From Octopus sinensis (taxonomy: Eukaryota): a DNA stretch of 64,000 bases. Under the pieces are notes generated by a model. It searched no databases. It was not told where the DNA came from and worked only from the letters and a program-made list of their open reading frames with translations. The stretch spans positions 53,320,001-53,384,000 of the forward strand of contig NC_043014.1 in the NCBI RefSeq assembly GCF_006345805.1, written 5' to 3'. Shown in pieces: positions 1 to 12,137 of the stretch (the stretch's first letter is position 1; the number at the start of each line of letters is the position of its first letter). Position numbers and translations under genes: made by a program.

Positions 1-167
1 ATGAAAGAATGAATGATTGAGAGAAAGAAGAAGAAGAAGAAGAAGGAAAAAGAAATGTCTTGCTTTCTTCTTTTCTTTCTTTTTGTTCTTTCTTTTTTTC
101 AGTTTGTTATCAGAACTAAATAGAAATGGAGAAGAAAGTGTGAGATAAGAATGAGAGAAATAACGTT

Positions 168-237
168 GTGGGAGAGGGTTCAGTGGTGGTGGTGGTGGTG
201 ACGACGATGATGATGATGATGATGGTGGTGATGATGG

Positions 238-271
<34 letters not shown>

Positions 272-291
272 GATGGTGGTGGTGGTGGTGA

Positions 292-325
<34 letters not shown>

Positions 326-531
326 GGTGGTGGTGGTGGTGATGATGATGGTGGTGGTGGTGGTGATGATGATGGTGGTGATGATGGTGGTGATGACGAT
401 GATGATGATGATGAGGAGGAGGAGGAGGAGGAGGAGGATGATGATGATGATGAGGAGGAGGAGGAGGAGGAGGATGATGATGAGGAGGAGGAGGAGGAGG
501 AGGAGGAGGATGATGATGAGGAGGAGGATGT
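168..531. repeat. Compound trinucleotide microsatellite (GTG/GAT/GAG)n
   Basis: Directly visible; about 360 bp of in-register GTG, ATG and AGG blocks. Confidence 0.95.
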
Positions 532-659
532 AAAAAAAAACTAAGATAATATGTTCAATTACTCAAGAATTCACTCGGTGAAACTTCGAAAATAACTTGA
601 GGTAGAGGGGCACCTGAAGAGGATTGCTTAATGAGGAAGCTGTGCTGCTGCTGCTGCTA

Positions 660-870
660 CTGTTGTTAAACCCTAGGTCAGCTGTCCTATTGGATCAGAC
701 CTGTAATAATAAGTGTCCCAATTTCAATCCTCTTTCCATTTAGGAACTACTTTCACCAATGAATTGTCTATTCTTTTTTTAAAACAATAAGGTATGAGTT
801 GAGGCAGATTTGGCTGCTATTTTTAGCAAGTCAACCGATCGCATAGAGCCTTTCATGTTGGCTCATTCTT
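660..870 (+). repeat. Dispersed repeat family E (core GAGATTTGGCTGCTATTTCTAGCAG), representative copy
   Basis: The same core and flanks recur at about 4850-5180(-), 12860-12900, 27740-27920(-), 38870-39050(-), 43800-44150(-, two tandem), 45780-46000, 47860-48060, 48330-48520(-) and 61310-61460(-). Class not determined. Confidence 0.75.
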
Positions 871-1140
871 ACACCTTATGAGTCTCATGATTGGCAAACC
901 TTAATCAGCACCTTCCACTTGTCGTGTGGTCTTTATATTCTTACCTGTGCAAGTGACGAACAGGTAAGGGAAACTAGATGTTCCATTAGTCTCACTTTGA
1001 TTTCATCACTGGATGACAGCCACAACACTGTCCTCACTGGTCAACTAGATGTGTTCCTGTTGCCAAGTGATTCAATCAGGGAGGGAAAATGGTTTTGGTG
1101 ATGGTGGTAGAATAAGGATGATGGGAGAATAAGGGAGTAA

Positions 1141-1598
1141 CATTGACCTCCTGGAATCTGTCCAGAGACGTGCAACCAAATGCATACCCTCCATCAGACA
1201 CCTACCATATTCTGAGCGCCTTGTTTCCCTGGGCATGGATTCACTGAAGCTCCGGCGTCTGGCGACGGACTTGGTAAACACCCACAAAGTTATCAACCAC
1301 CTCACCAACAACAACACTGAACACCTTTTTGATCTCCATGTGTCTAACACACGTGGACATGCCTACAAAGTCAGACAACAACACAGCTCCCATGACTTTC
1401 GGAAACATTTTTTCACGCTCAGAGTTGCTGAAGCATGGAATAAACTGCCTGCGTCAGTTGTTGACTGCCATGACACTGTATCCTTTAAGGCCCTCATGCT
1501 TTCCGAAATCCGCCGAAACTACACCTGATTATATATACACTTTCGATGAGTTGTAGTGCACCTGAGCACTGTACACAATTATTATTATTATTATTATA
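1141..1598 (+). mobile_element. CR1-clade LINE 3' fragment (C-terminal ORF2 + 3' UTR + (TTA)n tail), 5'-truncated
   Basis: Translation IDLLESVQRRATKCIPSIRHLPYSERLVSLG..LKLRRLATDL...TRGH..K...RKHFFTLRVAEAWNKLP matches the CR1 ORF2 C-terminal signature. The tail is at about 1578-1598. Confidence 0.9.
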
Positions 1599-3624
1599 GG
1601 GAAATGAGAGTGTGCAAGGAAGGAGAGATCATGTGAAGAGGTGGTGGGGTGTGTGTGTGTGCGTTTAGCCAGGCCTACTCATCTAGTCAGCAGGGTAGCA
1701 TCATTTAAAAGCTAAAACGATGCAAAGTGCATTGTGACCAGTGATGTATAACAGTATCCAACAATCTGGTGGATCACATGATCTTGTGATCTTGACAAAG
1801 CATACCTTGTACACTGGATACATTGACATTGTCCTCGTCCAAGCCTCCTTCCATTATATTTCCTAATTGCCCATCGTCACATACAAACATCAACACATTT
1901 TACATTTTACATTTCCAAATCACTTTCTCTCTTCTACTTTACTTAATGCCACCGTTTAAACGAAATGGGAATTAATACGTTGGCCTCACTTCTATTATGG
2001 GTTATTTTAAGGGCTTTGTTGTTGTTGTTGTTGTTGTTGTTGTTGCAATCAGCAGATGTACAACCACAGCACCAGTAGGATAACACATCATCAGACAATT
2101 GAAAAAGAAGCACAAGAGACAAACAAGCTGTAACCAAGTTTAAATACCCAGGAGGTACCAGGCCAGAGGGGGAGGGGCCGCAGGAAGAGGTGCACTGGTG
2201 TTTGTGAGGATAGGGGTTAGTCAGTAGGGCAGAGTATGGGGATGTAGGTCACACTTACAGGACCTTATAGGAGGGGAGGGACAAGCGAGAAAATAGCCAG
2301 TTGGCAAGATACTGGGGTGGAATAAACCAGTTATGTTTGTTTGTCACTTTTCCAATTGTCTGACTATGTGATTGCATCTATTGTGTGATGTCATGTGTTG
2401 CAGGATACTGAAACATATGTAACAGATTAATTAAAGGAGTACCAAATCAAGGCCCATGTTCGTTTTTTCTTAATTATTTTACACACAAACACACATGTAT
2501 GTGTGTGTGTATGTGTGTGTGTGTGTGTGTATGTATGTATATAAATTCACATTATATGTGTAATGTGTAATAACGATATTGGACTCAAATTTTAGCGCCA
2601 GGTCAGCAGTTTTGAGGGAAGGGTCAGGTAAATTATATCAACCCCAATACTTGATGAGAGCTTATTTTATCAACACTGAAAGGATGAAAGGTAAAGCTGA
2701 TCTGTGCAGGATTTGAACTCAGAATGAAATGAGTCACAAGAAATAACACAAAGCATTCTTTTCAATGCACTCGTGATTCTGCCAGCTCATTGTAGTAGTA
2801 GTAGTAGCAGCAACAGTAGTAGTGGTAGTAATTTTTGTTTTTTGGGTTTTTTTAGCCTTTATCTTCAGGTAATGAGATCTTCTGTGCTGCTGCCCCATAT
2901 TATAACAAAGCTCTAGCTGCCAACAGTTTTAAGGATATGATTAGTTACATGTCCAACCCAAACTCTACCAAGACAAAGTGTCACCAGAAAATCTTGTGGT
3001 TCACAGCCAACTTCACCCTTCTCCCTTGTATGGGTAAGATCTTCCTTTGCTTAGTGGATAAACACTTTCTTCATATGAATAAGTTTGGTGGAATTTTTTA
3101 TAGATATACTTTAAGAGTTTCCTTTAACTGTGCACTAAATGTAAAAACAAATTATTGGCAGGTAGAGGCAAGATGCTAATGCAGAGACAACACTACATGT
3201 CCTCTTTACAGCCATTGCAATATGGACACAGTTATATATAAGACAGAGGTAATGTCAAAGAAGCCTAATGAGCAGTCAAACAGGTGAGAATAGGTGGGTG
3301 TGACAGAAGGTCCTTTCAGAATGAGATTCAACAGTCATAAGTCTTCCTTTATATCCACAACAGACCCAATGTGTGTGTAAGAGAGAGAGAGAGAATCTTA
3401 GCTTTTCCTGCAGAGTTTGTCCAGTGACATGTCGGTTCATCAGGCAGAATAAACTGGATTGAAACAAATCAGATCTTCCTGTATTTTTATCCAGTTTATT
3501 CTGTCCAAAGAATCAGCTTGAGATTGGATAAACTCCAGAGGAGGAGCCAAGTGGGTCAGCCCAATTCATATGTTATATTCTGCCATGGTATTAAGGACTT
3601 TTCCTTTTGTTCATTATCACAACT

Positions 3625-3631
3625 ATAGATT

Positions 3632-3681
<50 letters not shown>

Positions 3682-4005
3682 CAGACAGACTGATTGACGG
3701 ATATAAATTCTGGTACGGTGTAAGCAGAATGTTCTGGTGATCTGATGAGCCATCTTTCTTTGTCTGCACCAATTTGTAGATATACAATTGTATTGTAGAA
3801 TGCATATTGGTGCAGACACGCTGACATAATTTGTTGTACACTGAAATTATTATTACATGCTGAAGGCTGTGAAACAGGTGTAACCTTAAGGATGACAAGT
3901 TGCTAAATAAATATACTCACCTCTAATACCTCTTGACTTATTATGTTTGATGTGTGTTGTGTGTGTGTGTGTTGTGTGTGTGTGTGTGTGTGTGTTGTGT
4001 GTGTG

Positions 4006-4040
<35 letters not shown>
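3625..4040. repeat. (AGAT)n/(AGAC)n at about 3625-3690 and interrupted (TG)n at about 3950-4040
   Basis: Directly visible. Confidence 0.9.
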
Positions 4041-4043
<3 letters not shown>

Positions 4044-4189
4044 CCTACAAGTTTTACTTCTAAACTAATTTAAGAGCCAATCTTTAATGAACAAAAGGCA
4101 ACTGAGGTGGGAGAATGGAATGTTACTAATGTTGGTTATAAATAGAACATTGAAATAGAACTAATGCATATGGTAGAGCAATCACCTAG

Positions 4190-4224
<35 letters not shown>

Positions 4225-4329
4225 ATATATGTGTATACATGAATATATATATATATATCTATAAATGCGTAAATGTAGCGCTATGCCTGGTATGAATGAC
4301 ATCTCCTTTACACATCTCTCTCTCTCTCT

Positions 4330-4418
4330 CTCGTATCTTCTTCGCTGCCTCCTTCGTCTTGGTCGTCGAAGAGAGTCATCGACACTGTGAGTTCTTGGAA
4401 TCTTCATTTAAGGTGAGT
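4330..4418 (+). promoter_or_regulatory. Candidate non-coding first exon / promoter of the USP gene
   Basis: Locally CpG-rich stretch after (CT)n, ending in the consensus donor AAG|GTGAGT at 4412/4413. The exon carrying the ATG begins with an acceptor (21401), so an upstream UTR exon must exist. The link to this site is inference. Confidence 0.35.
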
Positions 4419-5647
4419 AACGCCAGCCTGGCGGTGCCGGTGCCTGCTTCACGCACGATTCTGTCAGTCACTTCCCTCTCCACTGCCCTCCCCCTGTTCC
4501 TCTCTCCCTCTGTCTGCCTGTCTGCCTGCATCCTCATCAGAAGTTCTCAAACAAACTTAAAGCAGCAACAGACCTGTTGTGTGTGCGGAGGTGTGGGGCA
4601 TGGGGGGATATAAACAGAAAACACTTTCCAGGTCTCGTATTCCCAGGTAAATGGCCTGCAACCTGTGTTTATTGGCAGACAGTGGGTAGGTGGGTAGGTG
4701 GGGGATCAGAGAAAATACCTTGTGGTATTTAATTGCAACCCTTAATGTTTACAGTTTGAAATGGGGACAGATGGGTGGATGGATGAATAGGCCGATGGAC
4801 TGATTGATTGATATCCTGATGATCCACTTTCAAATCTCAGCTATTTCGCTTCACCCTTCTTCCATGGTTAATGTCAGTATTTCACACCCAATCCAAAGAA
4901 CCCATTGGGGAAGCCTCTACATGGTTACTTGATCTGCTAAAAACCAGCGAAATCTCCACTAAAGCACACCCAGCCCTCTTAAAAATACAAGGGAACACAG
5001 AGTTCTAGAGACATTGCAACTGAATAACAGATATCTTTCAGATCGGGGCCCATCTTGATCGAAGCTAATTTGAGAATAAACAACAACAACAAACCTAGCA
5101 ACCCTACTATTTTAATATAGTCATAGATATATACAGACAGGATGGTCATGGCTAGAATGCTTTTGAACATAGGATTTCTCAAATGAGACTTGTCTTGGGG
5201 GTAAACAATAACAATATGTTAATACTAATTAATCACCCATTGATGGATACGTTTGTGTGACAGAGTATGTGATTCTATTTATGCTACTGCATAAGATGAA
5301 AAGAAATTTTTAACCAGAAATTGAACCCTGCTTTCTGGTTTCCACTTACTGCAACTTTTTTCTGCTCCACAACACATAGAAAATATCACTTTCTAGTAAT
5401 ATTTCCATGACAAAAGATTTTGGAAGTGGGAAGGGAACATGGTGAAAAATCTGACTGCTTCTAATTTTGTTGATTCTGGGAAAGGTGAATGACAAAAGAT
5501 GAAGGTGAAAAGTGTCTTCACCGAGGTTTGAAAGTCATCAACCCTGAACTTTGTGTCATCACTAAATACCAGTTTCTAACACAGCAAAGCGCCTCAAATT
5601 TTGTGGGAGAATAGAGTCAGTGAAGACACAATCACATTTCCTCATTG

Positions 5648-6348
5648 GGATCTTTTCATTTTGAAGGCCAGATTTTCCTAGTTAACCAAACAATTTAAAA
5701 CTTCGTATACTGGTAGAATGTGTCAAAAGAAAACATTATTGTAAACAAAATTGAAAACAAAATTGTAATTCGTAACTTAAACGTAGTTTAATTTTAAGAA
5801 TTTTAACCAATGAAATCGCAGCATTCAAGCTCAAATTATTTACCTCTTCTTCTGTCTTCTACATGTCCTAGAAATAACAGCTATATCTCTTAAATCGATT
5901 AATTTTGTCGCCCAATAAAAATATTAACGATATTTTTTGAATATTTTCTTTATTTTTTTTTACCGAAAAGGCTTCTCCCATGGTTTTGAAGGGCCAGAAA
6001 CAACAAAAACAAAACGATAATATGCCTAAATAGGTCTCGAGTTTGCGCGTGGAGTGTGAGTAGTATTGTAAAAATTTGTGAAATATTTTTTCATAAAAGG
6101 ATGCCCCCAGCTTGTCAGAAGCTGTGATATAAATTGGGAAGAAAATCCTCGACACCAGTACGTAATTGGTACTTAATTTATCGACCCAGAAACGATGAAA
6201 CATTGACCCCCCCCCCCTTCTGGTTTATTTACCTTCTGTGCAAATTTGTTGCGGCAAGTGGCAAAACACGAACGTGTATTTTTGCTTGTGTGCATGTATG
6301 TATATGTCCGTTTGTATGTGTGTGTACGCTTATATATTAATCACTATG

Positions 6349-6379
<31 letters not shown>

Positions 6380-6683
6380 TGTATATGTCCGTTTGTATGT
6401 GTGTGTACGCTTATATATTAATTACTATGTGCTTGTGCAAATGTGTGTGTGTGTGTGTGTGTGGTGCGTCTGCTATATTTCTTTATCAATATCGATAACG
6501 CAGCAATGCTGGAATTTCATTGGTTAAAATTCGTAAAAATTAAATTACGTTTAAGTTACAAATAACAATTTTGTTTTCAATTTTGTTTACAATAATGTTT
6601 TCTTTTGACACATTCTACCAGTATACGAAGTTTCAAATTTTTTAGTTAACTAGGAAAATCTGCCCTTCAAAAAGAAAAGATCC
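5648..6683. mobile_element. Non-autonomous DNA transposon (MITE), about 175-bp TIRs, 8-bp TSD CCTCATTG; Merlin-like by end structure
   Basis: TIRs at 5648-5825 and 6505-6683 (GGATCTTTTC...GAAAAGATCC). CCTCATTG lies at 5640-5647 and 6684-6691. No transposase ORF inside. The superfamily is inferred from GG/CC ends plus 8-bp TSD only. Confidence 0.85.
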
Positions 6684-7720
6684 CCTCATTGGGACTTTAT
6701 TTTATCAAACCTGTAACAATGAATGTTTATGCTCAAAATCAGATTGCCACAAGGTCTCTCTAAATACAGGAAGGGATGTTATTTTGAAGCCCTCACCAAT
6801 TCTGTCAACCCTCTGCCCTTCTCATGAGAATATTTGATTCTGAATAAGTGTGTATAATTGACAAAATAATATCTTGTGAAAAACAGAAATACTCCAAGTA
6901 AGCTACCAGGGTAACCCCCTGTTAAGTTCTTCCTCTTACAAAAACTTCCCAATAAGTATGCAGTGTTTGGCCAAGGTCATTCATTGACCTGATGGGAGAA
7001 AAGAAGACAAGAATGCTAGGCCAAACAATCGAGGCTATTTATCTTTTGCCGTTTTATATAACATTTATGACATTTATTAGGTTGTTGACATCATAAGAAT
7101 TTATAAACTTTTGAGGGAATGTGAAATTTAATTTTTTTTTTTTTTGAAACTGTATCTGAAAGCAGATGATAAAGCTATAAATAATAGCATTGAAATATTG
7201 GATTGAGAAACCCTTTTAGATAGACAAAGTCAAAGGCTGGCTGTGAGTCTTGAACCTACATCTGTTATGTCTACAGAAGTTGGGCTGCATCCGAAAGGCA
7301 GCCTTTCACTTTTCCAACCCGATATGTATTTGCCATCATGTTATATAACATCTATCATGTCGCACAACATTCATATAAACGTGTTTATATTACATATTTA
7401 TCACATTCTATAACATGATTATATTACATATTAATTACTATAACATACAATGTTTATCATATTGTTGATATTGTACCATTATTTCAAGGATGGTACCACC
7501 ATTTAGTTGATCCCTAATTGGTGAGACATTGTTGTCTCACCAAACATAGGTTTGACCAGATGAAAAGGACCCATAACCAAAGGCATTCTAGTCTTGACTA
7601 TCCCTTCAATGAATACATTATGCAATGTGTCCTTCCGTTTTGAAGGTGTTAGAGTGAAAACTGTAGGAGATTTGGCTGCAATTTCTACATGTTGATATTT
7701 GTATAGTGTACGGGGGGGGG

Positions 7721-7906
7721 TGAGCTGGCAGAACCTTTGGCAGCTGAAAGGCTTAGCAGTATTGTGTTCAACTTCTGCCAAGGTTGACTTTGCCTTTCAT
7801 CCTTTCAGGGTCAATAGAATAAATACCAGTTGTGTACTGGGGTCATTGTAATTGGCTTACCCCCTCCCCAGAACTTTCCGGCCTTGTATCAAAATTTGAA
7901 ATCAAT
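7721..7906 (+). mobile_element. tRNA-derived SINE (family A), representative copy
   Basis: GAGCTGGCAGAA...GTTCAA..C.GCC.AGGT.GACTTTGCCTTTCATCCTTTC.GGGTC.ATA...GGCCTTGT..CAAAATTTGAAA. Further copies at about 2595-2790(-), 6120-6205(-), 9735-9938(+), 28300-28500(-), 34410-34530(-), 46062-46275(+), 46361-46530(-), 53225-54270(+, several), 58880-59060(-), 60955-61150(-), 63385-63545(+). Confidence 0.85.
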
Positions 7907-8081
7907 ATTTGTATAATGTTAATGTGTGTGTGTGTCTGTGTGTGTGTGTGTGTGTGTGTGGTCAATTTTGCCTCATTCCAAAGCTTCAATGATTGAAATT
8001 CTTTAGTAACTAAATTCATGCAGGCTGGAGATAAATTACAAGAGTTTGGTATAATGTCAGTTGTAAGGTAGTGTAGCCATG

Positions 8082-8082
<1 letters not shown>

Positions 8083-8118
<36 letters not shown>

Positions 8119-8270
8119 GACATACATACATACATACATGCATACATGCATACGTACATGCATACATACATACGTACATACACACATACATACATACATA
8201 CATACATACATACATACATACATGCATACATGCATACGTACATGCATACATACATACATACATACATGCA
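8083..8270. repeat. (TACA)n microsatellite with repeated TGCATACATGCATACGTACATG variant block
   Basis: Directly visible; the variant block occurs twice (about 8140 and 8224). Confidence 0.9.
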
Positions 8271-11200
8271 TATTGATATATACATATACACAATACATAA
8301 TTATATATATGGTGGTGGTGATGATGGTATATATACATATACGTGTGAGGATTATATTATAAAACAAGAATAAAATGTCTTTCTGCCTTGCTCTCCATTT
8401 TCTGTACCCTTTGTTCCACCCAGTCCAAGTCAGTTTTGTTCTTTATGTATAATTTTCCCTCCAACAATATTAGACTCATCCTTTGCACATTTAATTACAG
8501 TGTTTTAGGAGGGTTTTATTTTTTTTTTTTGGCCTAATTTTACAATTTTGTCTTTGGTCCTGTCATGTCACAATTTCTAATCCCCAGATTCTTTTGAAAC
8601 TCGGAGTATCAGCCAAACTATAGGAGGTGATGATATGATAACTGGCTTTACTCAGCTTGTTGTACAGAACCTACAGACACAAAGATTAACACTACTTGTA
8701 ACCAGCAGATTTTTAAGGAGCAATTTAGACAATCGGAATGTAGAATCCTTGCTTTCATGTTCTTCCCTGGTTAGAGGTTGCAGTGCCATGATAAGGCTAC
8801 GGGATCCATGCCATAAGGATCCTTCTTTAAATGGCAGCATGAGCTCATCCTTGGTTGCCCAGCTGTAGTTATTCTGCATCTGAGCACCCAAATGCGTACG
8901 TTGTTGTGTATCTGTATATCAACCCTTGATTTATCTCCTCTCAATATTTCCCTTCAATATTCCTCGGTTCCCAATGTCTCGCCAGATTCATTTGCTCTGG
9001 TTATCACTCTTACATAACTTTGTATTAGTCATTGACAACAGGTTTATAGTGTGAGAGTTAAGAGACATTTAATTGGGTCAACCACAAAGTAAAATTGATC
9101 AATAATAACAGCAATAAACAGCATCAGTTGACTTTTTGATTCAAACACAGTTTTTAACAAATTCAATCTACGATGGATATTTATCGAAGAAATCTATTAT
9201 ACAATTAAAAATAAGATATAATTACACCAGGAGTGATCTTTGATAAATTTAATTCATTAAATTGGTAAGGAATAACTGGAGTACATTTGACTCTGTTCAG
9301 TGTTTGCAGTTTGTAAACATAAAGAAAAAAAAAACTGACAAATGTGATTTTAACTCATCAGGAAAACTGAAGTTTCTAGAATCACTTTATTCAGATCAAA
9401 TCAAATGTTCAATTTTATGCTAGATTCTATTAATTTTTTTGCTCAAAATTGAAAAAAATTCTTATACAATCAGCCAAAATTGATTTTCATTTGCATCATA
9501 TATTATTGACCAAACTATTTTACATAAATTTTATGCTAAACAGTTTATTTTGAAAGGCTATAGAATTCACTGATTTCTGTTAAGTTGATATTCACTTATT
9601 TTTTTTTTTATGTTAACTTCAGTTATTAGAACTCTTTCTGTAAAGAATTTTACAAAGACATCATAAGAGGATTCACACTGTTTTCATCTCTCACTTCCCA
9701 GTGTTGATATCTGTCATTCACTGAGAAGCGACAGAGTTGGCTGAATCGTTAAGATGCCAGGCAGAACACTTGGCTGCACTTCATCCATCTTTACGTTTTG
9801 AGTTCAAATTCCACTGAGGTCAACTTCACGTTTTATCCTTTCTGGGTTGATAAAACAAGAACCAGTTGAGTCCAGAGGAATCGATGTAATCAGCTGATCC
9901 CCCCCCCATCACAAAACTGCTGGCCTTGTGCCAAACATATGAAGCCATTATTTATACTTCACTGTTTTTATAGATCAGAAGTAATTTTCTTGTGGAGTTT
10001 TCTTCTTTGTCAATCCACATATGACCATATAGCTGAATCCACATATGACCATATAGAAACCCACAATCTGGAAATATCTGTGCAAAGAGAAGCTGTTGCA
10101 CATAAACTTCTTTGTGGTTTTAATACTGAGATGCCAAGATCCAATGACAAAAATGGTTGGAAGTTGCTGACTGTTGCAGCCGTTATCTGACATCGTAGAT
10201 GCTGAATGCTCCATCATATTTTGGCCTTCTTCTCTGTAACCCTGGCATAAAAAGAAAAATATCACCTTGATTTCCTGGAGAAAACAGTTGATTTGATCTT
10301 GCTTCCAAATGTTGACTCTAGCAACAACACCCTGCAACATAGATCCTTATTTATCTCCTCCAACATGTTACACCAGGATTTCTATTTTCTTGTAGCCTTT
10401 CATTGCACTTTGGATTTGCTTACATTTCTGCTCTAAACATTTTCATTATGTTTTTGACATTCTCAATTCTATGATTACACGATATAAACGAGTGTGTGTG
10501 TGTGTATAAACAAGATTATTTCCACACACCTAAAGAATTCGTCTGGTTACTGGTAAGCCAAGCATAGTCATCAAAGCCTCTGTAAGAGGAATATTTCACA
10601 CGCAACAATCTCTATATTTTTGACTTATGCCAACTGCATGAAAACTTTTGGTTTGAGGAAATGCTCCAATTTATAAAACATACCTTTCATGTAGGTGTGT
10701 ATTGAACATCTTGTTTGTGTGTATGTGTAAAATCATTGTCATCATCATCATCATCCTCATCACCATCTTTTACCACCCACTTTCCATACCAGTACAGAAT
10801 CCAATGATCAAAGATGTTCCATCCACACTCATTTCATTATGGATCCAGGCATAGTGTATCTAGGCCTACATTATCTTGAGTAGCTCTCTTTTCCTCTTAA
10901 GACAGTTGGTTGAGATTTGAGTGGAATCAGCTGCCATTTCTGATAGGTTGAATGACAATGTGAGGCCTCCCTTGACGGCTCAGCTTCCCTCGTTGACTGG
11001 TCTGTCTGTCTGTCTGTCTGTTTGCTATCAAGATGGACAAGACAGCTTTTGCCGTTTGCTGCTCTCCACATTTCTCTGTCTGTCTCTCTCCCATGGGCAG
11101 GGTTTTTGTTGTTGTTGCTTATACCAGGGTGGTGGTGGTGGTGGTGGTGGTGGTGGTGGTGGTTGGTGGGGGGTGGAGGATGAGTTATTACTATATTTAC

Positions 11201-11700
11201 TGGTCTACTGCTACTGCTGCTTCATCAATTAAATACATTCATGTTGTGTTCACTGTGAATGTCCATAATGTAGGTTTTGTAATTTTAAAACACCAAGAGA
11301 GAGAGAGAGGGGGGACGGAGAGACAGAGAGTAACGTCTGTATAGAAGAGAGAGAGAGAGAGAGAGATGCAGGCGATGTGGCTTAATCAGTCGGTCCTCCT
11401 CCTTCTCATGTCTTGCTCTGTTAACTTGTGTTGCAGTGATGTTGTAACATGGAAAAAAGAAAACCACAAAGGAAGGAAGGAAGGAAGGAAGGAAGGAAAG
11501 GAATATGGAGGGAGGCTGGTAAGGGGGCGGGGGTGGGGGCTGTAAGTGTAAAAGCAAAAGGCTCCTCTTTCTCCGTTTCAGTTATAACCCAGACTCTCTC
11601 GAGAATTCTCCATCCATTCAAAAGCAAATGTTCATCCACGAAAATCTGCTTCCTTCCCACTATTCAAACACACACACATCTATATACATATGTATAGAGA

Positions 11701-11749
<49 letters not shown>

Positions 11750-12102
11750 GTGGGTATATGGGTGTGTATGTGTTTGAAGTGTATTTTTCTTTCTTTTCTA
11801 TCTCTGGGGGGCAGTGGTGAGGGGGGGGGGTAGGGAGATCGAAAATGAAATCAGATAGCGATTATAATTAACTAATTAATTTCAGCTTTATTTGTTGTTT
11901 GTTTAATTAAGATGAATCGAATTGAATGAATGAGCATGAGAGAGTGGTGGTGGACATGGTGGTACTGGTGCTGTTGCTGCTGATGCTGCTGCTGCTACTA
12001 GCTTTGGTGGTCATGTCTGGTGATGGTGATGGTAGTGGTGGTGGGGGTAATGCCTGAAATGGTAAATATATAACACCGTAAATATAGGTCATTGTTAATA
12101 TT

Positions 12103-12137
<35 letters not shown>

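Noticed and set aside
168-533. 121-aa ORF rich in V/M/R
   Set aside because: Translation of a triplet microsatellite; no splice context or family motif.
1476-1490. GTATCCTTT U12-like donor
   Set aside because: Lies within CR1 coding sequence with no upstream exon; chance match.
7843-8373. Cluster of ORFs (MYVCMYVC / HTYIHTY)
   Set aside because: Artefacts of (TACA)n. The same applies to similar ORFs at 17.1-17.4, 19.8-20.1, 20.3-20.5, 34.7-35.0, 61.4-61.7 and 62.1-62.3 kb.
8600-8900. 79-aa minus ORF with protein-like composition
   Set aside because: Weak acceptor and donor, no recognisable motif, and no compatible neighbouring exons found.
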